A DNA stretch of 62,116 nt, the filler included, from Chiloscyllium plagiosum (lineage: Eukaryota), in assembly GCF_004010195.1 (NCBI RefSeq). It is 4 parts of one record of this genome, joined end to end, with 100 filler letters (N's around TTAATTAATTAA, not from the genome) between each part and the next. Parts side by side here need not be neighbours in the genome. Positions count along the whole stretch, not along the records: positions 39,195 to 56,134 come from NC_057714.1; positions 56,235 to 62,116 come from NC_057714.1; 2 more parts are not named here. The stretch is one strand, 5' to 3'. Position numbers and translations under genes: made by a program. This document shows, piece by piece, positions 49,938 through 62,116 of the stretch; positions within the stretch are counted from its first letter, which is position 1; the number at the start of each line of letters is the position of its first letter. The notes beneath the pieces were generated by a model that was given only the letters and a program-made list of their open reading frames with translations, was not told where the DNA came from and did not search any database.

Positions 49938-51437
49938 GAAAGAAAAACAGAGCTAATGTTTTGAGCCCAACGTCTTTTCTTCAGACCCGTCAGAAAATTC
50001 CAATGAGAGTTACACTGAATCCTGAACGGAACCATGGAATGTCACACCTGATGAGCGTGAAGGGAACTCCAAATGGCAAGCTTCAAAGAGCGAGTTGCCA
50101 TTCAAAAAACTAAACTTCAATCACCTCTAGGTTATATCTTTGACTGCAGACATAGTATAATTGAAAGGAAAGTAGTACTACTGGAATACATGTTTATTTT
50201 TTATACTTCCAGGAACATACAAGAAAGGAGATTAAAAACGACAACCCCAGGTCTGATTATGCTAATATGCTACAATGCTGACGTGTTGGTTTGTTAGCTT
50301 TTGGTCATGTTCCACTGTGTTAAACTGTGCTGTGAATACAGCTGAGAATTTCCACAAGACTTCCTGCTTGTGCTTATTGCTGAACACAAGTTTTCAGCAA
50401 CGCCACTGTGGATAGAAACTGGGAAAATACTTTCCAATTAACTGCAGAACCAAGAATATCCAAGTAGTTATTCTACTGCCAAAGTCAGTAATACTGGAAT
50501 GATGCACTTTAATGCTGCAACATTTCATAACACAAACAAAACTTGCTTCCTTACTTTTAATTTTACTTTTGGACTCAATTTTCATTGTTAAACTGTGTGC
50601 AAGTGTGTTCCATTTGATTATCTTTTCTCACATATTAATATCTAGATAACTTGCTTTTTTTTTAATTCAAGAGAGTCTGGTTAAATTGGCTGCTTTTAAA
50701 GTATAACCCTTTTGGGCTGAGAAAAGGTATAAATGTGGAAAATGATCCTTTGTAAATTAATCTTGTTGAAGGGGTTGAGTAAAGAAGGAGCACCAATTCA
50801 TTCCTTCTTGACGGGAGCATGACCATTTGGTGGTATCCTTTCTGAATTATATTGAATTGTAGACTCTTATTTAGAAACCAGTCAAATGTGGTAGCTCCAC
50901 TTAATATTGAAGAAGATGGTGAAGCCAAGGATGATGGAACTGAACAGGGATTAAGAGTGGAATGGAAAATGCTGACTCAATGGTCAAGATTGTTCCTCTC
51001 TATGATAATCAGTTTGAAGGTAATGCGCACTTTTCAATCAGCTTCAGACGTCTGGAATAATGATTAACCTTATTAGTTGGTAGCTTTTGGTAGATGAGAC
51101 TTCAAACTTGGGGTCTTGATTGCAGGAGAAGACCCACTGGTGGCCTCACAAATGCCTGATCAACTTGTAGTTTGGCAGGACTTCCTGAGAAGAGGTAGTG
51201 CAGGTCCTGTATTAGTTCTTCGGGCAGCAGGTAAGACCCCTGATGCCTGAACAAGATTCCACACAACAGCTTTCAATCGCTTTCCAGAACCAACAGCAAA
51301 ATAACATGATAGTGTAAAAAGGTTTCATGCAGAGCAAGGAATGTGACATAGTGACCATAAGACCAGATGTAAACATGGGGATTTAATGGGTTGGCCTTGC
51401 TCTGCAGCACCGTTCTTTCAAATGTCAGTCATATTTT

Positions 51438-51820
51438 GTAGTGCTCTTCCATCTGAGTGACAAAGGTCTGGGTTTGTGTCCCACTCTGTAGTTGACCCTA
51501 AAAATCAAGGCTGCCAATCTATATAGCAGTGAGAGAGCACTGTACTGTTGTCGGTGCTGTCTTTTGGGTGAGACATTGAACAGAGTTCCCAGCTGATTGC
51601 ATGTTGGATGTCACTATCGAAGAGCAGGGAGTTACCGCTGATGTGCTGGCCAATCGTCAATATTTATCACTCAATCAATATCCCAAAAACAAACGATTTG
51701 GCGATTACAGTGCTGTTTTTGGAAACTTGCTGGTGCTTCATTTTCTCTACTATTATAGGGACTATACTTCAAAAATATTTCATTGGCTTTAAAGGTGATC
51801 ATGGAGAAGTACTGTATGTT
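51438..51820 (+). mobile_element. Old DeuSINE (SacSINE1-like)
   Basis: gctgtcttttgggtgagacattgaac...gaagagcagggagtt...ctggccaat...atttatc resembles the Deu domain as I recall it. A partial relative lies at about 58790-58990. Confidence 0.55.
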
Positions 51821-53372
51821 TATTTTCCCCCCTTATAACCTGGATAATTTTATATGTTTCTATGAATGAAAGATTTATCTAATATCATGAAGTCATAATG
51901 AAACATAATGTTTACATATGCATCACACTTCCAGCAGTAATGAGAAGTTTTCCAAAGCCCAGATCATTTCCTCAATTTGTGTACTTTGGAAGACCATTGC
52001 CAGGAATTTTATTGGAGTAGTTTCCAATCCAGAATCATACCTTCAATGGATTGTGGACAGGGGTTCTGTTAAAACAGTGAGTGAGAGTGTTTTTTTGAGC
52101 AAATTTCAGGTCTATGTTGATAACAGAATGTACAACCTGTGGTAGAAAGAGGGATTTCATTGAAATCAATTCATATTCGAAAGTGACCAAGGCTGGGAAT
52201 TTCCAGGAGCTGTATTTGGAATCAAAATCAAATTCTCATTGATACAGAGCAGAACAAAATGTACCATTGTCCCATATTTGTCATGTATATAGTTTGCAAG
52301 AATACGAACAGCAAAATTGTGGAGAAAAATATGGCTTTAAGGAAAAGTAAAACAAATTTAATAGCGTTCAGCTCTGAAAACAGATTGATTAAAAATCAAA
52401 AAAAAGCTTTAGAAAAATTCTTTAAAAACAATTCCTGAGCACCAGCCACCGAGACCTGAACTAATGTAGGGCTTCAAAAATGCTGAGTTATTTGAGTATT
52501 ATTACTTTATTTCCAAGTTTACATATGGTATAGTTTATATGAATGTCATAGGCCACTTGCTGCACTGTTTCTAATGTAATGTGTGCGTTTTGACTGCCTA
52601 TGTACTTCATTACATTTACACTTTGAGCTGGGATTCCTTAGATCTGAATTAACTTGTTGAACTTCAATTTCCTCTTCCCATTACACGGCAGCTGGCTAGG
52701 GAAAGATATACCGCTAACTTGAGTTGCTAAGTTTCATGGTAGCGCACTAACAGTGCGGCTGGAGTAGGCAAGCCACTCTAAGTACTCATTAACCACTGCT
52801 CGATCATATATACGCCATCACACAAGGTTAAAACTGCTGACATCTGCCTTAAAGCTGGTTTCGATTCTGCATGATGCTTTCTCAAACAGGATTATATCCA
52901 GCTTCTATTTACTATAATCGGCCTCAATGGATCTGGGCATGCATCGAAAGATCAGTTATTTTCTTGGATAGATCCAAATCCTTTAACATGGTGTGTGCAA
53001 TTGTAAGCATGTTACCATTACCTTGTCATCAGCATTATGCCAATGGCTACCCAATCACCTTTCATATCACTTAACAGATGCCACAACCTCGAGACTTCCT
53101 CCAAGCTGCTCCACCTTTGCCACTGAAACTTTGTCAAAGTGTCATAAAAACCCACTCAAATTTGAAAGTGGGTTTCTGACCCATTTTTGCTTTGAGAACG
53201 GCCGGTCAGAGGAAACTCCCACCCACTGTCAATTGTTTTTGGTTGAGCCCTTCGATCTAGTAACCGAAAGGTTTCCCAGCGCTCTAATCATCCACTCACT
53301 TCATTTTCTATTAGATTACTGACATTCTTTGTTTATCATGGTTATCACTGACTCGAGGGACTCCCGGGCTTT

Positions 53373-56134
53373 AGGTGAGGGACAGTGTGCACTCCTGGTC
53401 TCGAGGTGAGGGACAGTGTGTACACCCGGACTCATGGTGAGGGACAGTGTGTACTCTTGGTCTCGAGGTAAGTGACAGTGTATACTCCCGGTCTCGAGGT
53501 AAGTGACAGTGTGTACTCCTGGTCTTGAGGTGAGGGATCGTGTGTACTCCTGGTCTCGTGGTGAAGGACAGTGTGTACTCCCAGTCTCAAGGTGAGGGAC
53601 AGTGTGTACTCCTGGTCTCGAGGTGAAGGAAAGTGTGTACTCCTGGTCTTGAGGTGAAGAATAGTGTGTACTCCAGTTTCGAGGTGAAGGACAGTGTGTA
53701 CTCCTGGTCTCGAGGTGAAGGACAGTGTGTACTCTTGGTCTCGAGGTGAGGGACAGTGTGTTCTCCCGGTCTCAAGGTGAAGGACAGTGTGTACTCCTGG
53801 TCTCGAGGTGAGGGACAGTGTGCACTCCCAGTCTCGAGGTGAGAGACAGTGTGTACTCCTGGTCACAAGGTGAGGGACAGTGTGTACTCCTGGTCTCAAG
53901 GTGAATGACAGTGAGTACACCCTACCTCTAGGTGCAGGACAGTGTGTACTCCCGGTCCTGAGGTGAGGGACAGTGTGCACTCCCAGTCTCGAGGTGAAGG
54001 ACAGTGTGTACTCCTGGTCACAAGGTGAGGGACAGTGTGTACTCCTGGACTCGAGGTGAGGGACAGTGTGTACTCCCTACCTCGAGGTGCGGGACAGTGT
54101 GTACTCCCGGTCCTGAGGTGAGGGACAGTGTGTACTCCCGATCTCGAGGTGATGGACAGTGTGTATTCCCGATCTCGAGGTGAAGAACAGTGTGTACTCC
54201 CGGTCTCAAGGTGAAGGACTGTGTGTACTCCTGGTCTCAAGGTGAGGGACAGAGTGTACACCCGGTCTTGAGGTGAAGAATAGTGTGTACTCACAGTTTT
54301 GAGGTGAAGGACAGTGTGTACTCCTGGTCTCGAGGTGAAGGACAGTGTGTACTCTTGGTCTCGAGGAGAGGGACGTGCAGGACAGTGTGTACTCCCGGTC
54401 CTGAGGTGAGGGACAGTGTGTACTTCCGATCTCGAGGTGAGGGACAGTGTGCACTCCCAGTCTCGAGGTGAAGGACAGTGTGTACTCCTGGTCACAAGGT
54501 GAGGGACAGTGTGTACTCCTGGTCACAAGGTGAGGGACAGTGTGTACTCCTGGTCTCGGGGTGAGGGACAGTGTGTACTCATAACCTCGAGGTGCGGGAC
54601 AGTGTGTACTCCCAGTCCTGAGGTGAGGGACAGTGTGTACTCCCGATCTCGAGGTGATGGACAGTGTGTATTCCCGATCTCGAGGTGAAGGACAGTGTGT
54701 ACTCTTGGTCTCGAGGAGAGGGACAGTGTGTACTCCTGGTCTCGAGGTGAAGGACAGTGTGTACTCTTGGTCTCGAGGTGAGGGACAGTGTGTACTCCCG
54801 GACTCAAGGTGAGGGACAGTGTGTACTCCCAGTCTTGAGGTGAGGGACAGTGTGTACTCCTGGTCTCGAGGTGAGGGACAATGTGTACTCCCAGTCTTAA
54901 GGTGAGGGACAGTGAGTACTCCTGGTCTCGAGGTGAGGGACAGTGTGTACACCTGGTCTAGAGGTCAGGGACAGTGTGTACTCCCAGTTTTGAAAGAAAG
55001 GGCAGTGTGTACTCCTGGTCTCGAGGTGAGGGACAGCGTGTACTCCCGATCTCGAGGTGAAGAACAATGTGTACTCCTGGTCTCAAGGTGAGGGACAGTG
55101 TGTACACACGGTCTTGAGGTAAAGAATAGTGTGTACTCCCAGTTTCGAGGTGAAGAACAGTGTGTACTCCTGGTCTCGAGGTGAGGGACAGTGTGTACTC
55201 CTGGTCTCGAGGTGAAGGACAGTGTGTACTCCTGGTCACGAGGTGAGGGACAGTGTGTACTCCCGGTCTCGAGGTGAAGGACAGTGTATACCCCTGGTCT
55301 CAAGGTGAAGGACAGTGTGTACTCTTGGTCCTGAGGTGAGGGACAGTGTGTACTTCCGATCTCGAGGTGATGGACAGTGTGTATTCCCGATCTCGAGGTG
55401 AAGGACAGTGTGTACTCTTGGTCTCGAGGAGAGGGACAGTGTGTACTCCTGGTCTCGATGTGAAGGACAGTGTGTACTCTTGGTCTCGAGATGAGGGACA
55501 GTGTGTACTCCCGGTGTCAAAGTGAAGGACAGTGTGTACTCCTGGTCTCGAGGTGAAGGACAGTGTGTACTCCCGGACTCGAGGTGAGGGACAGTGTGTA
55601 CTCCCAGTCTTGAGGTGAGGGACAGTGTGTACTCCTGGTCTCGAGGTGAGGGACAGTGTGTACACCCGGTCTAGAGGTCAGGGACAGTGTGTACTCCCAG
55701 TTTTGAAAGAAAGGGCAGTGTGTACTCCTGGTCTCGAGTGAGGGACAGTGTGTACTCCCGATCTCGAGGTGAAGAACAATGTGTACTCCTGGTCTCAAGG
55801 TGAGGGACAGTGTGTACACACGGTCTTGAGGTAAAGAATAGTGTGTACTCCCAGTTTCGAGGTGAAGAACAGTGTGTACTCCTGGTCTCGAGGTGAGGGA
55901 CAGTGTGTACTCCTGGTCTCGAGGTGAAGGACAGTGTGTACTCCTGGTCACGAGGTGAGGGACAGTGTGTACTCCTGGTCTCGAGGTGAAGGACAGTGTG
56001 TACTCCTGGTCTCGAGGTGAAGGACAGTGTGTACTCCTGGTCTCGAGGTGAAGGACAGTGTGTACTCCTGGTCTCGAGGTGAAGGACAGTGTGTACTCCT
56101 GGTCTCGAGGTGAAGGACAGTGTGTACTCCTGGT
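53373..56134. repeat. 31-bp tandem repeat (TCGAGGTGARGGACAGTGTGTACTCCTGGTC), about 89 visible copies, running into a gap
   Basis: Directly visible. It explains all the repetitive ORFs called here. Confidence 0.97.
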
Positions 56135-56234
56135 NNNNNNNNNNNNNNNNNNNNNNNNNNNNNNNNNNNNNNNNNNNNTTAATTAATTAANNNNNNNNNN
56201 NNNNNNNNNNNNNNNNNNNNNNNNNNNNNNNNNN

Positions 56235-56474
56235 CCCTACCCTCCCCCTCACTGTTTTTGATCACACAGCACTGTCCCTTGATGTGAAGGGCAGTGTTTG
56301 TCACTGGCCACCTGGGTGTTTTCCTATCTTCCTGGTGGTGGAAATTGAATAAAGATTCGTGCACTTTGTGTCTTTCACTGTGTCTCACACCTGCACACAC
56401 ACACCATGGGTGCTGGGGAAAAAATAAGCACTACCGCACTTAGGTGGTAGTGTGGGGGTTAAGTTATTAAAAAG

Positions 56475-56505
<31 letters not shown>
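56235..56505 (+). mobile_element. Tx1-clade LINE 3' UTR and A-rich tail
   Basis: Same 3' UTR as the copies at 34834-36065, including AATAAA and the CACTACCGC..GTGGTAGTG hairpin. Confidence 0.8.
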
Positions 56506-56638
56506 TAAACAGGAGTGTCAGACATCCTGCTTACTCTGAGAGCTGGCTCTGAGGGAGCTGGATCAGTGTCAACGACTCTCCATGTGTAAATAAAGGACGA
56601 CTTGGTGAAGGGATACCGGCCTCTGTGGAGTTATTTCA
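56506..56638 (+). mobile_element. 3' half of an LTR (Tx1 target family)
   Basis: TAAACAGGAGTGTCAGACATCC...AATAAA...GGAGTTATTTCA, ending in CA. Confidence 0.75.
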
Positions 56639-56639
56639 G

Positions 56640-56885
56640 AGACAATGTGGAATTTCTTCAGCCAAAGGGTAGTTCATCTGTGGAACTTATTGCCACAGAA
56701 GGATGTGGAGACCAAGTCATTGAACGTGTTTAAGACATGGATAGATTCTTGATTAGTAAGGGATCAAGGATTTTTAGGAGAAGTTAGGAGAATGGGATTG
56801 AGAAACACATCAGCCATGGTCAAATGACAGCGCAGAATTGATAGGCCAAATGGCCAAATTCTGCTCCTGTATCTTATGGTCTTTA
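56640..56885 (+). mobile_element. CR1 3' end
   Basis: aatttcttcagccaaaggg...ctgtggaac...attctgctcct..atcttatggtctt. Confidence 0.7.
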
Positions 56886-59800
56886 CTTCTGCAGCATGCT
56901 GGCCATGGGGTATTGCATGCACAAAGATCACGTAATAAGTTTAAAACTAATTTTAAAGAAATCTTAAATATTGAAAATTAATCCTAGTTAAAATTTCATT
57001 ACAAAATAAATTTTAAACATTAGGGAAAGTAATATTTACGCCTTCAGTTCTTTAAAGTATTTAAATCTGAGATGTTCCAATGCTCCTATTCCAAGCGAGA
57101 AATAGAATAGCAATACACTAAGTGTTTATTTAAATATTTTGCAACAAATGGGAGCCTCAATGTAGCACAAGCATAAAATGAATACAAGGACTCCAGCATA
57201 TCTAATGCAGCAGACCGTGCTATTGCAAGTAGTACAAAATGACTGGTCTCCCAAGTTCATGATCCCCAGTCATCATGACACCTTGTTGTCCTGATGGACA
57301 GCTAGACATAATTTGCCTCGACTTTCATTCTCAATTTAGAGAAGGTTCAATCTGGATGTGACAAATAAAAATGCGGATACTACCATGATCCCTGTTATTC
57401 TACAATTAAATACAATTTCAGATGTTTAATGAATTCATGTCAAGTTGTATTCCCTGCAATTTAAATGGAATGTTCAGCAATTTAAAACCAACTTCTTTAA
57501 AAAGAACATTATAATAGTGGAGCAATAACTCTGTTATGAGCCTTTGAGTAGTTTACCCAAAATGCCACTCAGAGCAATTTCCAAGAATGAGAAGAGCTAA
57601 TTTCGAGGTTTGGAAATAGGATCGATGAAAGCTCCGTTTGAATGCATCTCAAAACACAGCTAAAGGCCCTGTGCTTGGAACACCTAACAGAGATACATAA
57701 TTTTTCATAGTGTCAAGGCAAGTATAGAAATTTGACTCGGTGCTAAAATGGATGCAAAGTTGGGGGGACAGCTTTGTACCAATCTGGCATCTAAGCCAGA
57801 GTTGCCTTTAGCTGATGATTAAATGCTACTGACTAGCTCTGGGTGCCAATAGGCTCCTGACTGCACCCTTCATCTATAACAGGCTAAGTACAGCCCAGTC
57901 TTAACTTGAACCAGGTCCACATTTCCAAACAAAACTGAAAATGAAAATTCTCTGAGCCATTTTTGATTAGCATTTCATGGTCTTTTTAAAGGTGGGTATA
58001 GTCAAAATATAAGCACAAGTTCTATTAGTTTGTGTCTGGATTTTGCATTTGGGGTCCTACAAATAGTATAGGATCTCCAATTTGTATGTTTAAGGAATCT
58101 TAACTATTATTCCAAGTCAGTGTGCTTGACAACTTTCTCAATTCTATGGCAGAAATCCAGCATCCACTTGGACAGAGTAGAACTCTCCCTATGGCTCTGA
58201 AATTATCTCATGGGATACTCTGTGTAAAGTCTAAGTTGTCTAAAATGTAACAGTTGGAGTATTTCAAGTTGTTTGAAGACCTCTTTATAGTTCTGACATG
58301 ACAATAATGGTGAAAGCACTCTTGTGGGACAGTGGTGTCCCTACCTTTGGGCCAAAGCATCTAGGTTCATGTCACAATGCACCTGGAGTGTGTCATAACA
58401 TATTTGAACAGGTTGATTAAAAATATCAAAAATAATAATGAAAAATGTGTATTATCCTCAGACAGGAGGTATCCCTTAAGATGTTACCAATACAGATTTG
58501 ACTTAGGAAGAAGGAGAGATTTGTATCAGTACTGTTGGCAAGAGTAATAACTCCATTGAATTCAAAGAGCAGAGAGCAATTTAATATGCAGCAGTGGTAC
58601 AATGTACCAAAGGATAAAAACAGACAACAGAATACATTTTGTAAGATCGGCACATAACTTGGAACATTACTTCCAGGTGAAAAATTGCCAAAGACAATGG
58701 AAACAACCTAATTTATTGCATCTCAGAGGGCTTTTGAATCTCAGATAGCAGAAGGGTGCATGGATATAAATAAAACCAGACAATGCAAGATGGCAAATAT
58801 TTATCCTTCAGTCACATTCCCAAAAGAAATGATCGGTCATTATCACATTACTTTTTGTGGAAGTTTGCTGTGCACAAATTGGTTGCTGTGTTTTCTATAT
58901 TACAACAGAGACTACATTTTAAAAGTACCTAATTGACTGCAAAGAGCTTCGAAATGCCAGGTGGTCATGAAATGCATTATACAAACACAATTCTTCATTT
59001 TTTTAAGTATGTTCATGAATTAAAATGGTTGATTTCATCAGTACGTTTTGAAGCACAATAGAAGTCTTAATTTAAAAAGAGGAAGATTTGGATCTGCAAA
59101 TGTTAAAACAAAATGAATATTTATGAGCTGAGACAACCTAATCGTGAATGTTGTTCCCCCTGGGCACTGTTCGGTGAATGATGTAGAGAGAGTACAGCCA
59201 ACACTCTTATCAAACTGTATTATATAGAGGGAGGGTCACTTGGGAGGATCTCTAATGGATTGATTCTCTCTGTTTCTCGAACAATTTTCTGAACAGAATT
59301 TTTATTTCATCTTCAGTTTTATTTTAATGTCCCTCTTGTGTATTCCATTTACTAAATGTGCATCTTTATTTAGATTTTATTTGCCATCATTTCTTTTGAC
59401 TGAAGTGGTCACATGTACAATATAAATTATTTTCCTCACTTTTTGTTTGCTTAGTTGTATGATGTTCTCTTTAATTTAATGGAGTTTTTTTCTGTGAAAT
59501 TCTTCTATATTTAACTCTATTACATTTTCCTTTCTTCATTCAATCAGGCGAGCCAACTCACTTAGAGTTTAATTTAATTTAACTCTCTACCATGCTATTT
59601 GTTCCTGTGTGTTTGATTATATTATACATTTATTAAATTCCTTTTCCCAGGATTCAGGGTAAAAGTAAAAACAGAAATTGCTGGATGAATTCAGCAGCAT
59701 CCTGAAGAAGGATCACTGGACACAAAATGTTAACTCTGCTTTCTCTCCACAAATGTTGCCAAATCAGTTGAGTTTCTCCAGCATTTCCTATTTTTGTTTC

Positions 59801-60213
59801 AGATTGCCAGCATCCACAGTTCTTTATTTTATTCATGTTAAAAGTGCTTATTTCTACAATTTATTTTGGTACACTTCCTTTCTTTTATAAATCAGGACAT
59901 TTGCATAATTCATTATTTTTCTTAAATGTCTCCATACTTCAATCAACATTGTACATATTACAACACGGGGTAAATCCTTCTGCTAATTTAAACCCAGCAC
60001 ACAGAAGATTCATCCCCTGCTCTAATCTGTGAAAATTCAAGAGGCAAAGAACTACAGTATCCCAAAAGTCACTATCTAATGTAAATTTAACAACTTTAAT
60101 TTTTTAAAGTTTAACAGAGAATAATTAACTAACAAGTATTTACAACTCATTTATCTAAACCTATCTTTTACCTTCCTCTCTACAATACCAGTCCAATAAA
60201 TAGATAAATAGAC

Positions 60214-60640
60214 ATTTGGGAGCTTGGGTCTGTGATCTGAACTAGTTTAGACTTGAATATATTTGGGGGTATGAAAAGTCCCAGCAGATTTAAACACTTG
60301 CAGGTTAGTGTCCTAGATCTTTAAATTAAAAGTAGGTGAGACAATTTGTTTAATTTTGTTGACTTATGGTTGATTGAATTAAAAGTGATAGAAATGGCTC
60401 TTAAAATTGCTGAAGAGGTTCTGGAATTTGAAGATGATTCTCTAATTTGCCAAGAAAGTTTAGAAGGAAAGGAAAAGGCCATACGTTTAGAATTAGCAAA
60501 GAAGCTAGGGACAAAAGTAAAGCTGAAATTGTAAGGGAATTACCCAAACACTTAGGTGTGTCGAGAAACAGAAAAATCTAGATTACAATCGAGGAAGATG
60601 GAGTTAGAAGGCAAGCAAAGGGAGAGAGAAAGAGAAAGAG
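60214..60640 (+). mobile_element. Decayed Gypsy-type LTR retrotransposon: primer-binding site and gag start
   Basis: acatttgggagcttgggtctgtgat resembles a degenerate tRNA-Pro PBS (TGGGGGCTCGTCCGGGAT). It is followed by MALKIAEEVLEFED...LELAKKLG and a coiled-coil-like tract. Confidence 0.45.
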
Positions 60641-61514
60641 AGAGAGATAAAACCCCCGATTAAGATTTACTGAAAAATTCAAATTTCAAAACCAGCCAGC
60701 TATGGAATTTTCTCTTGGTATTTTCCTCTGTAGATTTGCTCTCCAGATCAGTGTCGATCTTTTTCCCTGTGCGAACTCCTCCTCCAGGCAGCTACCTCTC
60801 AGAGAGTTCTTACAGCAGCCTACATCTGTTAGTCTTTTGGCAGTTCTTCTCCAACTGTTCAATTTCTTTTTGGTTTTAAACCCCAAAGCATTGAATTGTT
60901 TCATTGGTGTTAATATTGTCAAAATACTAAATTCAAACTTGATTGGAGTTTGGTATTTTAGGGCATAATCTAAACTGATTGGCCAAATTTGAATTTTTTT
61001 TTGTCTACAGGCAACCATCTACACTAGCTGTTCGACCAAATCTTACATTGTTACCTTGTTCAGAACACTTTGTGCTGTGTCAGGTAGTTCTGCTAGCTTT
61101 TAACTTTCTAAGCGGTACAGTACCCCTTACACCTTCATAACATACACAATAACTGGTTTAAAGTAGCCTCATGACAATAGTGAGCTGCAACAATTGTTCT
61201 TGCCCTATCCCTGTGTCGGTAAAGCAACTATCATCATAATTCTCAACCTTTAATGTTGCATATAACCAAATAACCAAAAGGGACTGATATTCTCTAGGAT
61301 CATTTCCAGGTCCAAAAGGAGCACTGTAATTGAACTAGTCATTTTCAATGGTGGGTAAACCTTTAGAAACATTTATTCAGGGTAGAATTAATAGTCACAT
61401 GGAAAAGATGGATCGATTCAGAAGAGTCAGCATTGATTTATTAAGGGAAAATTATGTCTAACTACTAGCTGGAGTTTTTTTAGGTTGGTGAGGGAAGATT
61501 TTTGATGTGGTAGA

Positions 61515-62116
61515 CATAGAGTCATAGAGATGTACAGCATGGAAACAGACCCTTCGGTCCAACTCGTCCATGCTGGCCAAATATCCCAATCCAATCTAGC
61601 CCCACCTGACAGCATATCCCTCCAAACCCTTCCTATTCGTATATCCATCCAAGTGCCTTTTAAATGTTGCAATTGAACCAGCCTCCACCAGTTTTTCTGG
61701 CATACACATACACATACCACCCTCTGTGTGAAAACGTTGCCGGTGAGGTCACTTTTATATCTTTCCCCTCTAGTTCTGGACTCCCCGCCCCAGAGAAAAA
61801 AGCTTTGTTTATTTATCTTATCCATGCCCCACATGATTTTATAAACCTCTATAAGGTCACTCCTCAGCCGCCGACGCTTCAGGGAAAACAGCCCCAGCCT
61901 ATTCAACCTCTCCCTATCGTGCAAATCCTCCACCCCTGGCAACATCCTTGTAAATCTTTTCTGAACCCTTTCAAGTTTCACAGCATCTTTCCGATAGGAA
62001 GGAGACCAGAATTGGGCGCAATATTCCAACAGTGGCCTAACTAATGTCCTGTACAGCTGTAACATGACCTCCCAACTCCTGTACTCAATACTCTGACCAA
62101 TAAAGGAAAGCATACC
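61515..62116 (-). mobile_element. CR1 LINE 3' end, same subfamily as 22900-24040
   Basis: MLSFIGQSIEYRSWEVML...ERVQKRFTRML and a ctatgactcta tail. Confidence 0.95.

Noticed and set aside
53373..56134. CRISPR-like array, or long His/Cys/Thr-rich ORFs
   Set aside because: The monomers are contiguous with no unique spacers and there are no cas genes. The ORFs are translations of a stop-poor tandem repeat.

Overview
Vertebrate genomic DNA, most likely from a shark (inferred from HE1-type SINEs and the shark-like CR1, Penelope and Tx1 repeat landscape). The only host gene I can support is APBB1IP (RIAM) on the minus strand. Four phase-compatible coding exons (14254-14164, 11454-11147, 7267-7190, 3848-3689) encode talin-binding site 2, the Pro-rich/EVH1 motifs, the coiled coil and the first part of the RA domain. 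I could not find the first coding exon (talin-binding site 1); the later exons presumably lie left of the window. The rest is intron or upstream DNA full of CR1 LINEs, SINEs, Penelope-like elements with hammerhead-type cores, LTRs and two minisatellites, plus five assembly gaps. The most interesting signals are: (1) a Tx1-clade LINE that repeatedly inserts at one site (CAGGAGTGT, at the inferred TATA box) of an LTR family and forms tandem stacks; (2) a U2 snRNA 5' fragment fused to a Tx1/Keno-like ORF1; (3) a SINE insertion that carried in a 112-bp inverted copy of nearby sequence; (4) many minimal hammerhead cores; (5) a clean solo LTR with a 4-bp target-site duplication.
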